Source of the DNA: Marsupella aquatica
Taxonomy: Eukaryota; Plantae; Marchantiophyta
Direction of reading: 5' to 3'
Assembly (NCBI GenBank): GCA_973895155.1
Contig: OZ316894.1
Span: forward strand, 6,410,234 to 6,474,233
Length of the DNA stretch: 64,000 nt
Positions 47,191 through 60,114 of the stretch are shown one piece after another. The position numbers and the translations under genes are program-made. The notes under the pieces are model-generated. The model saw only the letters and a list, made by a program, of their open reading frames with translations. It had not been told where the DNA came from and did no database searches. Positions within the stretch are counted from its first letter, which is position 1. Each line of letters opens with the position of its first letter.

Positions 47191-50042
47191 ACAACATTTG
47201 CTTTAAGTAGAATAATTAAGTTTATCATGATATGGAATATATGGGACCATGATTATTGTCACATTTTAGGAGGTCGGAATCAAATTTTAAGAGAGGCCAG
47301 AATACTATAGTATTATATATATAATTACGGACCCCACTAGAGGTCCCTTCCAAAATTCATGGCATAATAGCGTGCCATGTAAACAACAAACAAGACTTGT
47401 TAGTTTTGTGAATCAAATTTATAGTTTTCATTCGTGTTTGTGTCAATTTGGGTGTAAATTTTGGGACGCCATGCCGTAAAAAGAAAAGTAAAAACATTGG
47501 AAATGCAAAAAGCAAGACGGTTAAAACTGTCACTATGTAACCGTTTTAATTACATTTCCAATTTTAAAACTTAAATTCAAAGATTTATAAAAAGTATTTT
47601 TCATATAATGAATAATGACTAATAACTAACTTGATAACTTCCTTGTTAAACCGCAACTCCCCATATGTAAGGACCTCTAGTATTGTACGGCCATTAATGC
47701 TGGGAAGAGCACATAGAAACCCAGGATCGAGGAGAAGGAATGGCTGGAATCTTGAAAGTTCATCAAATTTTATATTCAAAACTATTTATTCATTCTCAAA
47801 ACAAAAAATACCCAGTCGTAGATCTCATTGAGATCTTTCTTTTGCACCCTAGATTGCCTTCTAACATGGATGAATAAGATTTCTAGAGGCATTACAAAAT
47901 GGATGACAAAGATAGTAAAATCAACAAAATCGACGACTATGAAGGCTTGGATTTGTTTAATTTTTCATTTGAAAAATATTAACCCATTTGCAAAACGGAC
48001 AGAACCCATCCATAGATCTATTTGAGATCTTTCTTTTGAGCCATAAATTGGCCATTATGATGGACGGACGAGATTTCCGAAAATAAGAAATGGAGATGAC
48101 TCAGATCGACTCTTCCCCCTGATTTTATTAGCTAAAGGGTACACCAACTAATTATATATATAAATAGATATTGGCACAATAAGATAGGATGTAGCGAATA
48201 TACTAGATTGAAATTTTAGGAGAGGCGGCAAGCATATGGTATTATATTGGGTGAGTCAGATAGGATCAGGCAGAAATTCTAGATCCAGGTCTAGCTCTTG
48301 TGAAGGACTCTTCCCCACTGTCATTGGTAGATGGTCAAGAAGTGGTTCGAGTACTGACCCAGTGTCCAGTCTACTGTAGCTCGCCGAGGTTGCGAGTCTC
48401 CCGGGTTATATAAGTCAGGTCTTACGAATCCTCGTCTCCCACCTCTCTCTAGGAGAAGGTTTAGACTAGGTTCACAATGTTCAGACTAAAACTAGAGTTG
48501 GCCTAGTCTGAACGAATACTCCTCTCCCCTCAGTCTCTCGTTTGTACCATGTCCAGATGTCAAGCAATAGCTTACTATGGCTACCCTACCCGACAGACAA
48601 ATTGCAGATTTTGAGGTTCCATTCTTGGATCTCATTTAGTTCAACGAGTTGTTATTGCTCTATTGTCACCGGGTGAGGACAATGGACAACGAATTCAGTT
48701 TTCCGTAAATTGTACGCGTGATACTCGCCGTTTCATGAAGTTGGGTCCAAACAAATTACTGTCAACTCTCCGTGCCAACAAGGGAAAAACGCGAAATAGT
48801 GGGGGTGATATGGATTGGGTCACGTCATACCTTGGGCGGGAGCACTCCAGATCTTGATTGTCTCGATTAAGGCAGGATCGTCTGAACAGGCACTTGAGGT
48901 GACATACAGGCAATCACCTCATGCGAGTTAGTTTTACCTGCCTGGAGAGTCACGGCGTGTACAATGCATGACACTACAACGGCACTTGTCGGTAATTTCA
49001 TGCTGAAGTCAAGGTGACTCGCTCCTAAGCGGAGAGAACTCTAATGGCTTGGAGTTTTCCTTTGCAAAACAACCAAAAACGTACTAGGGGCACAAGTCAA
49101 CCAGGTTATCCCAAAGAAAGAGCTTCGTATTTATTCGTATACAATTGATCATTCGTTTTTATTTGAAAATTGCCATTGTGTATGTTCTAGCTCACAATTA
49201 ACATGCTTCGGTGTTTGGCATCCCCTGGACCTCTTCCTATCCTGCTCTGTGTTTGGCCTCTTTGTATATGGCCAGTTTGTTAAGTCACACCTCTCCAAAG
49301 AGTCAGACTGTAGATCTCAGGTATGACGTAGATTTGTAGGACGTGTCTCTCAGCGCGAGTTCAGACTATAGATCTCAGATATATTCAGACCATACGTCTC
49401 AATTATGCCGGCCAAAGTAGAATGATGTAACATTCCACACGTTTCGTATTATTATTGCATAGACATAGATGCATGCCGGCAGTGAGACCTAAAGTGTTTT
49501 CTCTGTTGTTTTGGCACAAAGAAATTCGCTTAATTTATTGAGAGAATTGACCGAGTCAGACTGCCACCACCTATCGATAAGCAAACACTGTTGAGGAGCC
49601 TAGGATGGCAAGTTCTTCCGTGTGACCAGCCCCGGTCTCACACTACCTGCCCAGGTTGTCGGTACCTCACGGCTGATGCTCGGGCTTCTGTCGGTTGAAT
49701 TTGCAAGTTTTAATTTACCAAGGGTTGGGAGATCGAGGGAGAGATGGGAATACAAGTGGCAAGGTCCAGAAGTGAGCCAGGACGTGAGGCCACCAGGAAC
49801 AGATCATAGGGAAACGTTGTTGTTTATATATCCACTCATTCTTAATTTTATTTTATATTCTGTCCCACCATTTCTTGCTGTGAATCGAATCTTGTGCTCC
49901 AAGTTGAGAGTTTATTGAAGATTATATTTGCTAGTAGTCCAGATCCTATAAATAAAGGCTTAATGAGCAGTGCGTTACTTCTTGGTATAGAGATCAATAT
50001 CGCCTCAAGGAAACGACCGTCAGCTAGGAAAGTGCCGCCACT

Positions 50043-51089
50043 ATGACAATTCCAGCGAGGGCGATAATTACTTCGTTGTTAGCATTCGCGCTGGTGTCCA
50101 GCGTCGCAGCGACGCTTTACAACGTAGGTGGAGATGGTGGCTGGACCATTCACCCGAACTCCTCATTCTATGATGACCAGTTCAAGAACATTACCTTGTA
50201 CGTCGGCGACGGTCTGAGTAAGTTGTCTCTTCCTTAAAAGCAATTGATTTCTCTCCATGGCCTTTCTTTTTTCAAACGATGTTTTGCTTCAAGTGAATCA
50301 TGGGTCACTTTCAAATTTCTTAGATTAGTAACGCCCGTGAAAGCTTTCCTATGAAATTTATTCAATTCGTATATGCCAAGCCATTCAACGCGACTTCAAT
50401 GATCGAGTTCCAACGGCTTATTTAGATCTACATCCATGATCTGGCTTGCGGGTCTGGCTGCCGTGGCATGGCTGGGTTTCAATGCAAAAACCACTTCGAC
50501 ACAAGTTGGATCTCTAGCTGTGCTCCTGAGAATTACAGAAGTGTCGGTCGAGGGACTCATCCATATCCGAGGCCCTTCATCTCCGAATGCGCGTGATCGA
50601 TCATCTTCGCTAGATCAATTCCAGAACGATCTTCGCGTGATTATTGACTAACCGTTGAAATATTGATAATTGATTTTCAGTGATTCACTATTGAAATCCG
50701 GATTTGCAGGCTTTAACTTCCCTGTTGGCCAGCATGACGTTACCGTGGTCCCTCCAGAGGACGTTGCCACTTGCAATGCCTCAGCTGCACTCGAAACTTC
50801 GAACGGCCCAGTCGTAATAGTCATATCGACTCCGAGCACGGTGGGATTCATTTCCAACTTTGTCGACTGCAGCCAGTATGGGATGCACTTTATCGTGACA
50901 TTCCAAACCCCAGGGTCCCCTGCTCCCTCACCCGAGCAGGGGTTGGACGGCCGTGGGGGATATAATGATCACCAGGATGGCCGTGGGGGGTATAATGATC
51001 ATCAGGATGGCCGTGGGGGGTATAATGATCATCAGGATGGCCGCGGGGGATATAATGATCACCAGGATGGCCGCGGGGGATATAACTAA
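50043..51089 (+). CDS. Secreted phytocyanin (early-nodulin-like) protein with C-terminal DGRGGYN(DHQ) repeats
   Basis: Exons 50043-50217 and 50710-51089 (GT-AG, frame kept). Signal peptide, YNVGGDGGW, VGDGLSFNF..QHDV, two Cys, GMHF. TATA-like CCTATAAATA at ~49944. Confidence 0.9.
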
Positions 51090-51394
51090 TGATCCAGAGG
51101 ATGGTCCGTGGTCCAGGATACCTGGTTAGTACGTTACGAAACCATAGCCACGAAATATTGCTCCGTTGTTGTCCAATCTGGACATCTGATCCATTCTGCT
51201 TGTAGCAGGGTTAATTTGTGAAAGTTGTGTAGTTTTCGTTGCCGTAATCGCAGCCTTAAATAATGCTCATATAGAGTCAGCGTAACCACCTGGACATTTT
51301 ACTGGCAGTACGTAGTTCTTAATTGCCACATTGTTCAGCACTGTCTTAAGGTAGTGTAGGAGGCGAGGTAGCTAAAGGCATGACGTACTGATTC

Positions 51395-51500
51395 CAGGCA
51401 TGAACAGGTTTAAAGCTTTATTTGGTTCTACTAGCCCGATTACCCATGATTGCAGGCATGAACAGGTTAAGCTTTATTTGGTTCTACTAGCCCGATTACC
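51395..51500. repeat. ~50-bp direct duplication
   Basis: CAGGCATGAACAGGTT..AAGCTTTATTTGGTTCTACTAGCCCGATTACC occurs twice. Confidence 0.8.
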
Positions 51501-53680
51501 AGTTACTCGAACGTTTACGAAGAATAAAAATCTTGTATAATAATATTTTTATGTTATTTTTTTAATCTTCATTTTAAGTATTTTTATTGAGATTCATGAT
51601 CAATTTTGTCCCTACTAGAGTTACAATCTAGAGGTTTCACTAGAGTTACTGTTCACTAGAGTTATGATCTAGAGGAGATTTCACGTGAGTTAAAGTCTAG
51701 AGACTTGACCCTAGGCCCTTAAGAGTAAACTTTGTTAGCACTTTTATAATAAGAAGATTTGAAAAGAAATGTAATACGAAACACTGTGAATGACGTTCCA
51801 GACAGACAGTACTATCTGTGTGTGAATGAAGTTGACGATAACGAGCATATAAGTTTGGATGGAATAGATGGGCTCCAATGAGTTTGCTAGTGGATTAGCT
51901 AGCGTTAGGATGGTCTCAGTAGTCATGCATGTCAATTATATCTAGCCGAGGTGAAATCGAGACTCACTTCACTTAATTTGACCTTGGACGGACTGGGACA
52001 CGTACTGTAGATTGATGTTTCACATATTACTACCCAGCTTCGCCCAAAACGTACTGACTTATATTTCATTTTCCGTTGACACAAATTAAAAGATTAGGAT
52101 TAAAGCGAGCTGATTATATTTCATGGGAGACTGAAACAATTCCTACCGGAGGAAGTACAGAACTACATTTAGAAAACGTTGGACCTGCGTAGAATGAACT
52201 GTAACTATGCATGTCTATCTCCTCGTTTCCTTCCCATCCGCCAAGGGTTAGGTACTGATTTTGAATTAGTGGTACGTCACAAAATCCATGTTCAAGGTCA
52301 ACCAATAGGTACTCACACGCAGTTCCTTTTGGAAACAATTGAGAATATATTGTCGAACACAGGTAGAAAGAGCTCAGGTTTCACGTGTCTGACTTCCGTT
52401 CCGCCGTACTGGACTTCATGTGTCTTTGCTAGCTTTGGATCCACTTTGCACAGCCTCGTTTCATTGTGGCACCACCCTAAAGTCGTCTGCGAGAAGATCG
52501 AAGCGAAAGAGTTCTAATAAGTAGGGATTGCAAACAGGAAGTCAGATTCTATGTAATTATAAGTCGACGAACTGCCTGAGAGCTTCGATCAGTATATTAG
52601 TCTCTTCAAGCAATTAAGCAGCTTTAATTAATCAATTGGAGCTCGTCCTTCCATATACTGTTCTACGGTTGATCGAATCGGACCCAGATGTTAAGATCAA
52701 CTTGTCTCCAGGTACATCTGAGTGACTGTAAGTATGTTCTATGATATTGAATTGTCTGGCTCAGATAGCATCGCGCCGAATTTAAGCCTAGCTAGATTCC
52801 AGCTCTTGCTGGTGACTCTCCAGGACAGGACTCGTCCCCAGTTTGGTTGAATGGTAGATGCTGCTCAAGGAAATGAATGTAAAAGGAATAACATATATTG
52901 GTTGGTTGATCACCAAGAAGTGTTGAGGACAAAGCTTCAAATGCCTGTAGCTAGCCCCACCCAGTTTATGAGGACCGATTAAACTATGGCAAATAGTCCC
53001 ACCAAAATTTGGATGGTAGTCTCAAGGAAAAAAATAGGGGAGCTGTAGGTAGCCCCAGCTAATTTGCGAGGATCTATTCAACATTATAGTAAAGAATCCC
53101 ACAACCATTGGAGGTAGTCTCGTTCAAAACATGATAAAATGGGGGACCAAATCACAGGACTCCACCAAGAAAGCAGTTCATATCAGTTTACCCGGAATGA
53201 ATTTTTTTGGACCTTCAGATTTATCCATACACGTACCCCTCGTGCCAGATCCCCACTCTGGGTGGCAGCACTTCAGGGTCTCGATATAGGGTCTCAACTA
53301 AGGATACTCTGAACAAGAACTGGAGTGACATAGTACGGGTGGTAGTCACCTCACACTAACTAAAGTAGCCTTTTATTATTTTCCTGCCCGCTCTCCTGAG
53401 TGAAAACTTAGTCCGCATGCACATTCAAGGCATGGACACTACAATACAACTTGTCCATAACGTTGCTCCAACTTTAAGCAACCTTCCCCAAATCGTATTA
53501 AAATACTTTTAGGCTAGGATTATCATGCAAGATCTGCAAAATAGTCTCAACAAGACAAGAATAAAGTAAAGTGGTTTGCGGGGTGGTTTGTCTTGTGATG
53601 TTTCCTTCTCAAAAGACTACATTGATGTTAAGAAGAAGAATTTGTCATTTTTGAGTTGGGATAAATTTAATTTAGAGTTA

Positions 53681-53686
<6 letters not shown>

Positions 53687-53726
<40 letters not shown>
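53687..53726. repeat. (AT)20 microsatellite
   Basis: Perfect AT dinucleotide run. Confidence 0.97.
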
Positions 53727-53729
<3 letters not shown>

Positions 53730-54555
53730 GTGACTTGGCATGGGTCATTTAAACTAGTCATTTTTCCCCTCATGAGCCTCTCCCAAGAAAATACTTAGCT
53801 AAAAGTATGCATGGGTGTTGCTAGGGTTTGGGCCTTTATATTTAGGGGCTAAGCAATTTCATGGGGCCTCAATTGTCGCAACTGTTATTGGAGGGCTACA
53901 GAAGGGCTATGGAAGGGTGTACCCTAAGAAGGCCATTGTGACTTTGGTAGGAATTGAGGGTGAAGTTAGGCAAGGGTTTTTGGTATTCAGGTTTGAGGTT
54001 CAAGTCAGGGAGTTATGGGGCAGCAAACATACTGCCCAATATTCCAATGTTCAGTTTAAACACTTTCAATTGGAGCTTCAGGCAAAGGTCAAAAGTTAGA
54101 GCTTGATGCCATAACAAGATTGTGGGAGGACAATATTGGCTAGGAGTACTATTGTTGGACCTTGGAGTGCATTGTGGAGGTCTAAGAGCAGACTATTTGT
54201 TTGTCATGTACGTCCACTGGTCTCTGTTTTGCTAGCGTCTGTTTGAATTGAATGCCCTTTTTGTCTAGCTCAAGATGATTACTATTTCTAATGTGGATGT
54301 GTGAAGACAATAAAACCAGGAATGGAGGCTTGGTAAGAAGGAAGTGCAAAGCTTGACTTTTTATATTTGAGAGGTTTGTGTGTCTAGCTTGGATTGCCCC
54401 GTGTTATTTTGAATGTTTTTTATAATTGCAAGTAAGAGTATTGTTAGTTGTTTTAAAGAATGACTATAATGTAATTTGTATTTATTTTACTCTATTGAGT
54501 ATCATAGAACCATGAAAATCCTATGATAAGCCCAATGCTGAGGTGTTCAATGCCC

Positions 54556-54861
54556 CCCGGGGTCCTCACTTCTTTTCTTCCGACCCATCACGCGCAAATA
54601 AGTATAGGGTTTTTTTATTGAGTTTAGTGAAATACTTTTAAATTTTGTTGAAGAACATTAAGGTTGTTTTAATCCAATTTTGAGAATGATAAGAATCATA
54701 GGGTTTTTTTAAATCAAATACAAGAATATTCTTAAAATATTCCATTACGTTAGGGGTAAAAAAATTCCTAAAAAAAACTTTATTGACTTAACTTTTAGGG
54801 TGTTTATTCCCCCAAAAATTCGAGCGTGATATGGGACACCCCTTGGATTGAGGCCCCCGAG
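54556..54861. mobile_element. MITE with 8-bp TSD (hAT-like)
   Basis: TSD CAATGCCC at 54548-54555 and 54862-54869; TIR CCCGGGGTCCTCA / TGAGGCCCCCGAG (11/13). Confidence 0.8.
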
Positions 54862-57800
54862 CAATGCCCCACTCGTATTGGGAGGACCTTTCTTTTGCAT
54901 TCAAATGACCTGTCATGAATTGAAGATCACCTTTGCTTATTCTCTAAGGGCATGAGCTCAAGCAAAAGAGTTGTAGTGTTCTCATTGGCTCAATTCTCCT
55001 CGATTATATGAAAATATAATCCAGTTCTGCAACAGTTTGTGGAGCAAGGTAGAGAACTGATGCCTTGAATAGGCAACCAACAGTGTCTAGTTTCCTATTC
55101 ATAGTGTATGGTTCCCATCATGCTACACTATTTGAGAGTGTAGAAAGCAACATAGGCAAGTTGATAGTTGAACAACCATAGAATTATATATATAATTATT
55201 TAGTTTCATGGTCTATGGACTATTTAGGAGATGTATAAGATGTATTGTCAAGGCAAAGTAAATTGCATTGAGTGTAAAGACAAAGCAAATTGAATAACTG
55301 CAAATTTTTAGACTCCAACTTATGAGATACTTATATTTTCTTTATAGGTATATATATTTTTAATTCAAAACAAAACTTTAATACTTAAAGTTTTTTAGGG
55401 GTAAACATAGTAAAAAATGGCTAATTTAAAGTACATAAGGGCGAGAAAAAAAATTCACTTATAAGTTAGGGCCAGGGGTCTAGACCTGAAAAAGTTGCAT
55501 GTGATGTAGGACCCTTCATACAGTGACCCCCCCCCCACCCACGGGCGATCTAGAAGTGTTTCTTTCTCACACTCACGGGCACACTCATAAGAAGAGATAG
55601 CCTGAGGTACCACTCATGTATGAATTAAAATTTTCAAGTAAATACGTGTTACCTAAATATGAAGATAAAAATTACCGGGTGGCCTCACTGAGTGGGTTAG
55701 ATTGAAAAGTAAATATAGAGCCATAGAGGGGGTCCAGGAGAACAAAACTAGGAACATTATGACAGGGAGGCTAGGAAACAAATTTGCAATCAAATCGTAC
55801 GAAAGATGCACCCCTTATCTAAGGAACAATAAAACATACACAACAAATATGTTAATAAGACAAAGTAACCAGTCCTGACTAGTGTCCCAAATGATGATTG
55901 CTCACTAAAGTCAAGGTGACTCACCTCTAAACATAGAATTTGTTATTTCAAAACAACATAAAATGTACCTGGTGCACAAGTCCACTAAGGGACCTCAAAG
56001 AAGAGAGCTTCAAGGACAGGCTCAACAGAATATCACTCCTATTTATTAATTTTACCATTGGGCGCATAAATGAATATTCTAGCCAGCATTTATTTATGCT
56101 TGAAGCCTGCACAGTTTTGCATTGCCTCCTGACTTCAGACAACTTTCAAGTTCACTCTCACCATGACCCCCAGGATTGGCACAATGCGGACAATTCAAGT
56201 GGGATGGATCAATGCATTGAAGTTAAGTGAGATCAAAGCCCCCAGCCGTGGGATTCTGACAGCCCACCTGGCCACCAGGTTGGTCCAACCCCATAGGCCA
56301 ACTGGATAATCATAATTGTAAAGCCCAGTACCATCTCAGGTTGTCAATTGAAAGCAAATCAGGCAGAGGTTTTTGGCTATGCATGAATAACCAATTTATA
56401 AATAAAAAAACTGGTCAGGCCCCATCAATACCATGATGAGGCTTGAAACAACATTTATCCAAGCAGAAACCCTGGCTTGCCAGCAGTTGCAAGAAAGGAG
56501 GAGACCCCAATGGCAACCAAACCAGCTCTGGTTTTGAGTCTTGGTTTCCCTGTGTTTTATCAAAAAAATTACTAATTGAAAGCTCTCCCATGCCAGGTGA
56601 GGTCCTAGAAAGCCATTTAAGGATGTCTCTGCATGCATGCTGCCACCTCATATGAGCCCAAACTAATTCCATGTGGTCATCATGTCCTGCTGCTGATTAT
56701 AGACTTTGGGTGCAAGATCACTCATTCTCCTACTAACTCTATGGTCTTCGCTGCTATTAAAACTTGTACTTGGTTTGTAGTGAAATTTGACATGCTTAAT
56801 TTTCTAACACAATAGAGGGATAATTATGGTTGGTACGTGGCTCCCCTAACAGAACCACTTTGCTTGATCAGCCACAAATGGTTTTTGCCTGATCCACCCC
56901 TTCTTAATGAGCTGTACAGGATGCTCTTGTAGGGGTTCTTCTAAAGTTAGATTCAGGGATAGTATGACCAAACTTGGTCAATAGTGACTACAAGCCCTGA
57001 ACCATGCATGACCTCTGCCCAATTTCCATGTGAGCCTCTCAAAGGAGTTGTCGCCCAGTTGCAAACGGGTTTGCAAACTAACTTTTGGAGGGAACTAATG
57101 ATATCCTTCAGATTTATTTGGTCAAATTTTTGGGCTGTGGGATTATCTTAAAATGGGATAGACAATAATTGTAATCAAACATATAGGAATATGACTGTCC
57201 AAAGAATGCAAATGTGTTGACTATAGTTCACATGACTATACAAAAAGTGCAAACTATATAGGGTAAAATTTACACTCAATTAGTAGTGGGTATGACCATT
57301 AGGGAGAGAGAATGAATGATGACCAAGAAAACATTTTACTTCTTTTAATATTTCTTTACTAGTTTACAAAGGTTTTACCTCTTATCCTTTTTGAATTTTT
57401 CTAGGAGGCGGCTAGGCAGCTTTATGGGTTTTTCGTATAATGTAGGAAGCCAGAATGTTGTCTTTGGCTGGTTGTTGTGTGGTGGACAATTTGTTTCTTT
57501 AGGGGATGAGAGGTGCAACTTATTTTAAGATGCCAGTTGTTTTGGGGGTTGGTTGTTGCATGCATGGTCAGTGGCAAGGGCAAGGGTGAGGATGAAAGAG
57601 GACAAAATAATCTTGCCCCGACCCATCCCCTCCCCTCCGTGTTGATCCCTGCCCATCCCACCTCAGACACATGTATATCCCCATCTGTTCCCATGCGAAT
57701 AGGGTAGATCTCTATAATTGAAATGAATAAAGAGTTCATTTTGTGTACTCTTTCCAATTTTCAATGTTGACTATGTTTTCCTTTTGCTTGTACTTGTAAC

Positions 57801-58059
57801 CTTTTCTCCAAAAAACTTATATTTACTATTTAAACTATATAGATTGTGCAATCATACAGATATCTTTTATGCATCCACTAAATGTAACTACCACATCTTT
57901 GCAATGACATCTTTACACGACTCACTACCTCTTCTATGCAACAATTTCTTTTCTGCCACTACATCTTTTGCACAATGACATCAGTTTGACAACTACATCA
58001 TTTCCATCATTTCTGCAACATCTTTTACGTAACAATATCTTTAATTTGTACATTGTTAT

Positions 58060-58090
58060 CTTTTTTGCAACATACGGGTATTGAGCTAGT
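58060..58090 (+). mobile_element. Possible degenerate Helitron 3' end
   Basis: GCAACATACGGGTATTGAGCTAG|T resembles the GCAACGCACGGG-N7-CTAG|T terminus, but the 5' arm of the hairpin is missing. Confidence 0.35.
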
Positions 58091-58608
58091 AAGTCATAAG
58101 TTGGATGATAAGCTTAATTTGAATGTAAGCTTTGGTAACAGGCCATTAACACACTTAAAGACCAAATAGATTTCATATATTGCTAATTTTAATAAAAGCA
58201 GAGTAAAAGTTTTAATGAAGGCGATTAAATCTTGTGTATGCATTAAAGATATCTTTAAAGTCCACCATGTTTGAAGGATGATTAGCTGTAAACCGTGGTT
58301 GAGGTCCAGATATCCCTAAAGTCATTCATTGTTAGCAACTTGGCCGAGTTTAGGCAGAACTGTACCAGAGTCAAATGTAAAGATACACGCGTCATCAGAC
58401 TACAGCCCTATGTTCACTTTAAGGTTGATTTAACCCCCATAGGATTAAGGGATAGAGGCAAAGGAAATGGTCATAGGGGGTACTAATGTTGTGCAAATGC
58501 CAATGACGCTTGTCTTGTGCCAGTGCTCAACAAAAGCGCAACAAATGCCAACAATGGCAACAAGAGCTCAACAATGAGATGCCAATGATGCCAACGGTAA
58601 AGTTTCAT

Positions 58609-58899
58609 CTCGAGGCCTGGTCTCACTAAATGGAGGCCTCCCCATCACCTGTGATGTTTTTAGACCTTGGACCCCCTAAATGTAAGAATTTTTTTAAACC
58701 CCTATAAAGTTGGAATATTCTTGGAATATTCTAAAATTTTGGTTAGAAAGACCCTAATGTTTTTATAGGTTTCAAAATTGGATTTAAAAGACCCTATTGT
58801 TCTTTTGAGAAAATTCTTAAGTTTTCCATTGAACCAATAAATTGGCCCTATCCTTCGTCGCAAGTGATGTGCCATTTTTGTGGAAGTGAAACCCCTGAG
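58609..58899. mobile_element. MITE with 8-bp TSD; diverged, inverted relative of 54556-54861
   Basis: TSD AGTTTCAT at 58601-58608 and 58900-58907; termini CTC..GAG; internal blocks (GGAATATT, CAAAATTGGATT, CCCTAT) are colinear with the reverse complement of the first MITE. Confidence 0.75.
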
Positions 58900-59684
58900 A
58901 GTTTCATCGACGACAAGATGTCATTTAGTCAATGAAATGTTCTTGCTCAGATCCCTCACAGCTTTGAGATATCTCTATTGTCTCCAAAAATAATCTGAAA
59001 TTTACAAAGAGCATGAAAGGCATTAAGTATTCCATAACAACTTGCCTGTTTAGTCTTGTGATAGATATCACTCATATTTCTGACCATCATTAAACAAGTA
59101 TTCATGATAATAGGCCTAGTTTATTCCTATGTACAAATGCCTCTAATCTGTTCAAGAGCAAGGGCGATATTCACAACCACAAGCCCATGATCATCCAATG
59201 CACATTCAAGTGGTTGACAGAGAGAGATATGTGGTTCACCTCGGTTGAGACTATGTCCACGGAAATACACGAGAGCTTACAGTCACTAGAAGAAAACAGG
59301 GCCCTTTATGACCAATCACCCAATGACGGAGATGAATAAATGACCAAAATTTCTAATGACACAAAAAGAATGACAGGGGAATGACTGTCCACAATGACCA
59401 ATAGACTGAAATGACAAAATGTTAACTTTTGCGTCATTTTGTATAATGTTTGTAATGACTGATGCGACCAAAATGACCCAATTTCCCTAAATGGTCAATT
59501 AAGACACATGTCTTAAATGACGCAATTAATAACAACAATGATAAATCAGTGTTTAGCAACATTATAGTCACTCTAGACAATGATTGAAATGACCAAAAAT
59601 CTATTTATGTCATTTTGGACAACGGTAATAAATGACAAAAAATGTATTATCGTCATTTTAACCAACGATGTTAAATGACAAAAT

Positions 59685-60020
59685 ATAGGGTCAATCTGAA
59701 AATGAGAATATATCAGTGTTTACAACAACATATTGTCATTATGGACTTCTCCCATAAATGACTAACTCTAGGGTCAATCTTGAAATTAGGACATATCAGT
59801 GTTTACAAGAACATACCGTCATTATGGAGTTCTCTCATAAATGACTAACTCTAGGGTCAATCTTGAAATAATGACATATCAGTGTTTACAAGAACATACC
59901 GTCATTATGGAATTCTCTCATAAATGACTAACTCCAGAGTCAATCTTGAAATTAGGATATATCAATGTTTACAACAACATACTGTCATTATGGACTTATT
60001 GCATAAATGACTACTTATAG
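59685..60020. repeat. ~81-bp tandem repeat, about 4 copies
   Basis: TAGGGTCAATCTTGAAA..ATATCAGTGTTTACAA..GTCATTATGG..CATAAATGACTAAC units. Confidence 0.85.
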
Positions 60021-60114
60021 AGTCATTAAAGAACCCAAGAGATATGAAGATTAAAATACTCAATAGTCATTCTAGACACCGGTCATAATTGTAGAGTCAT
60101 TGATATAGTTGATA

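Noticed and set aside
48250-48552. Degenerate gag-like start (MVQTR) on the minus strand
   Set aside because: Multiple stops and no further motif, PBS or LTR that I can support.
55900-57300. Possible decayed coding sequence
   Set aside because: Only short ORFs without recognisable motifs; cannot be called without a database search.
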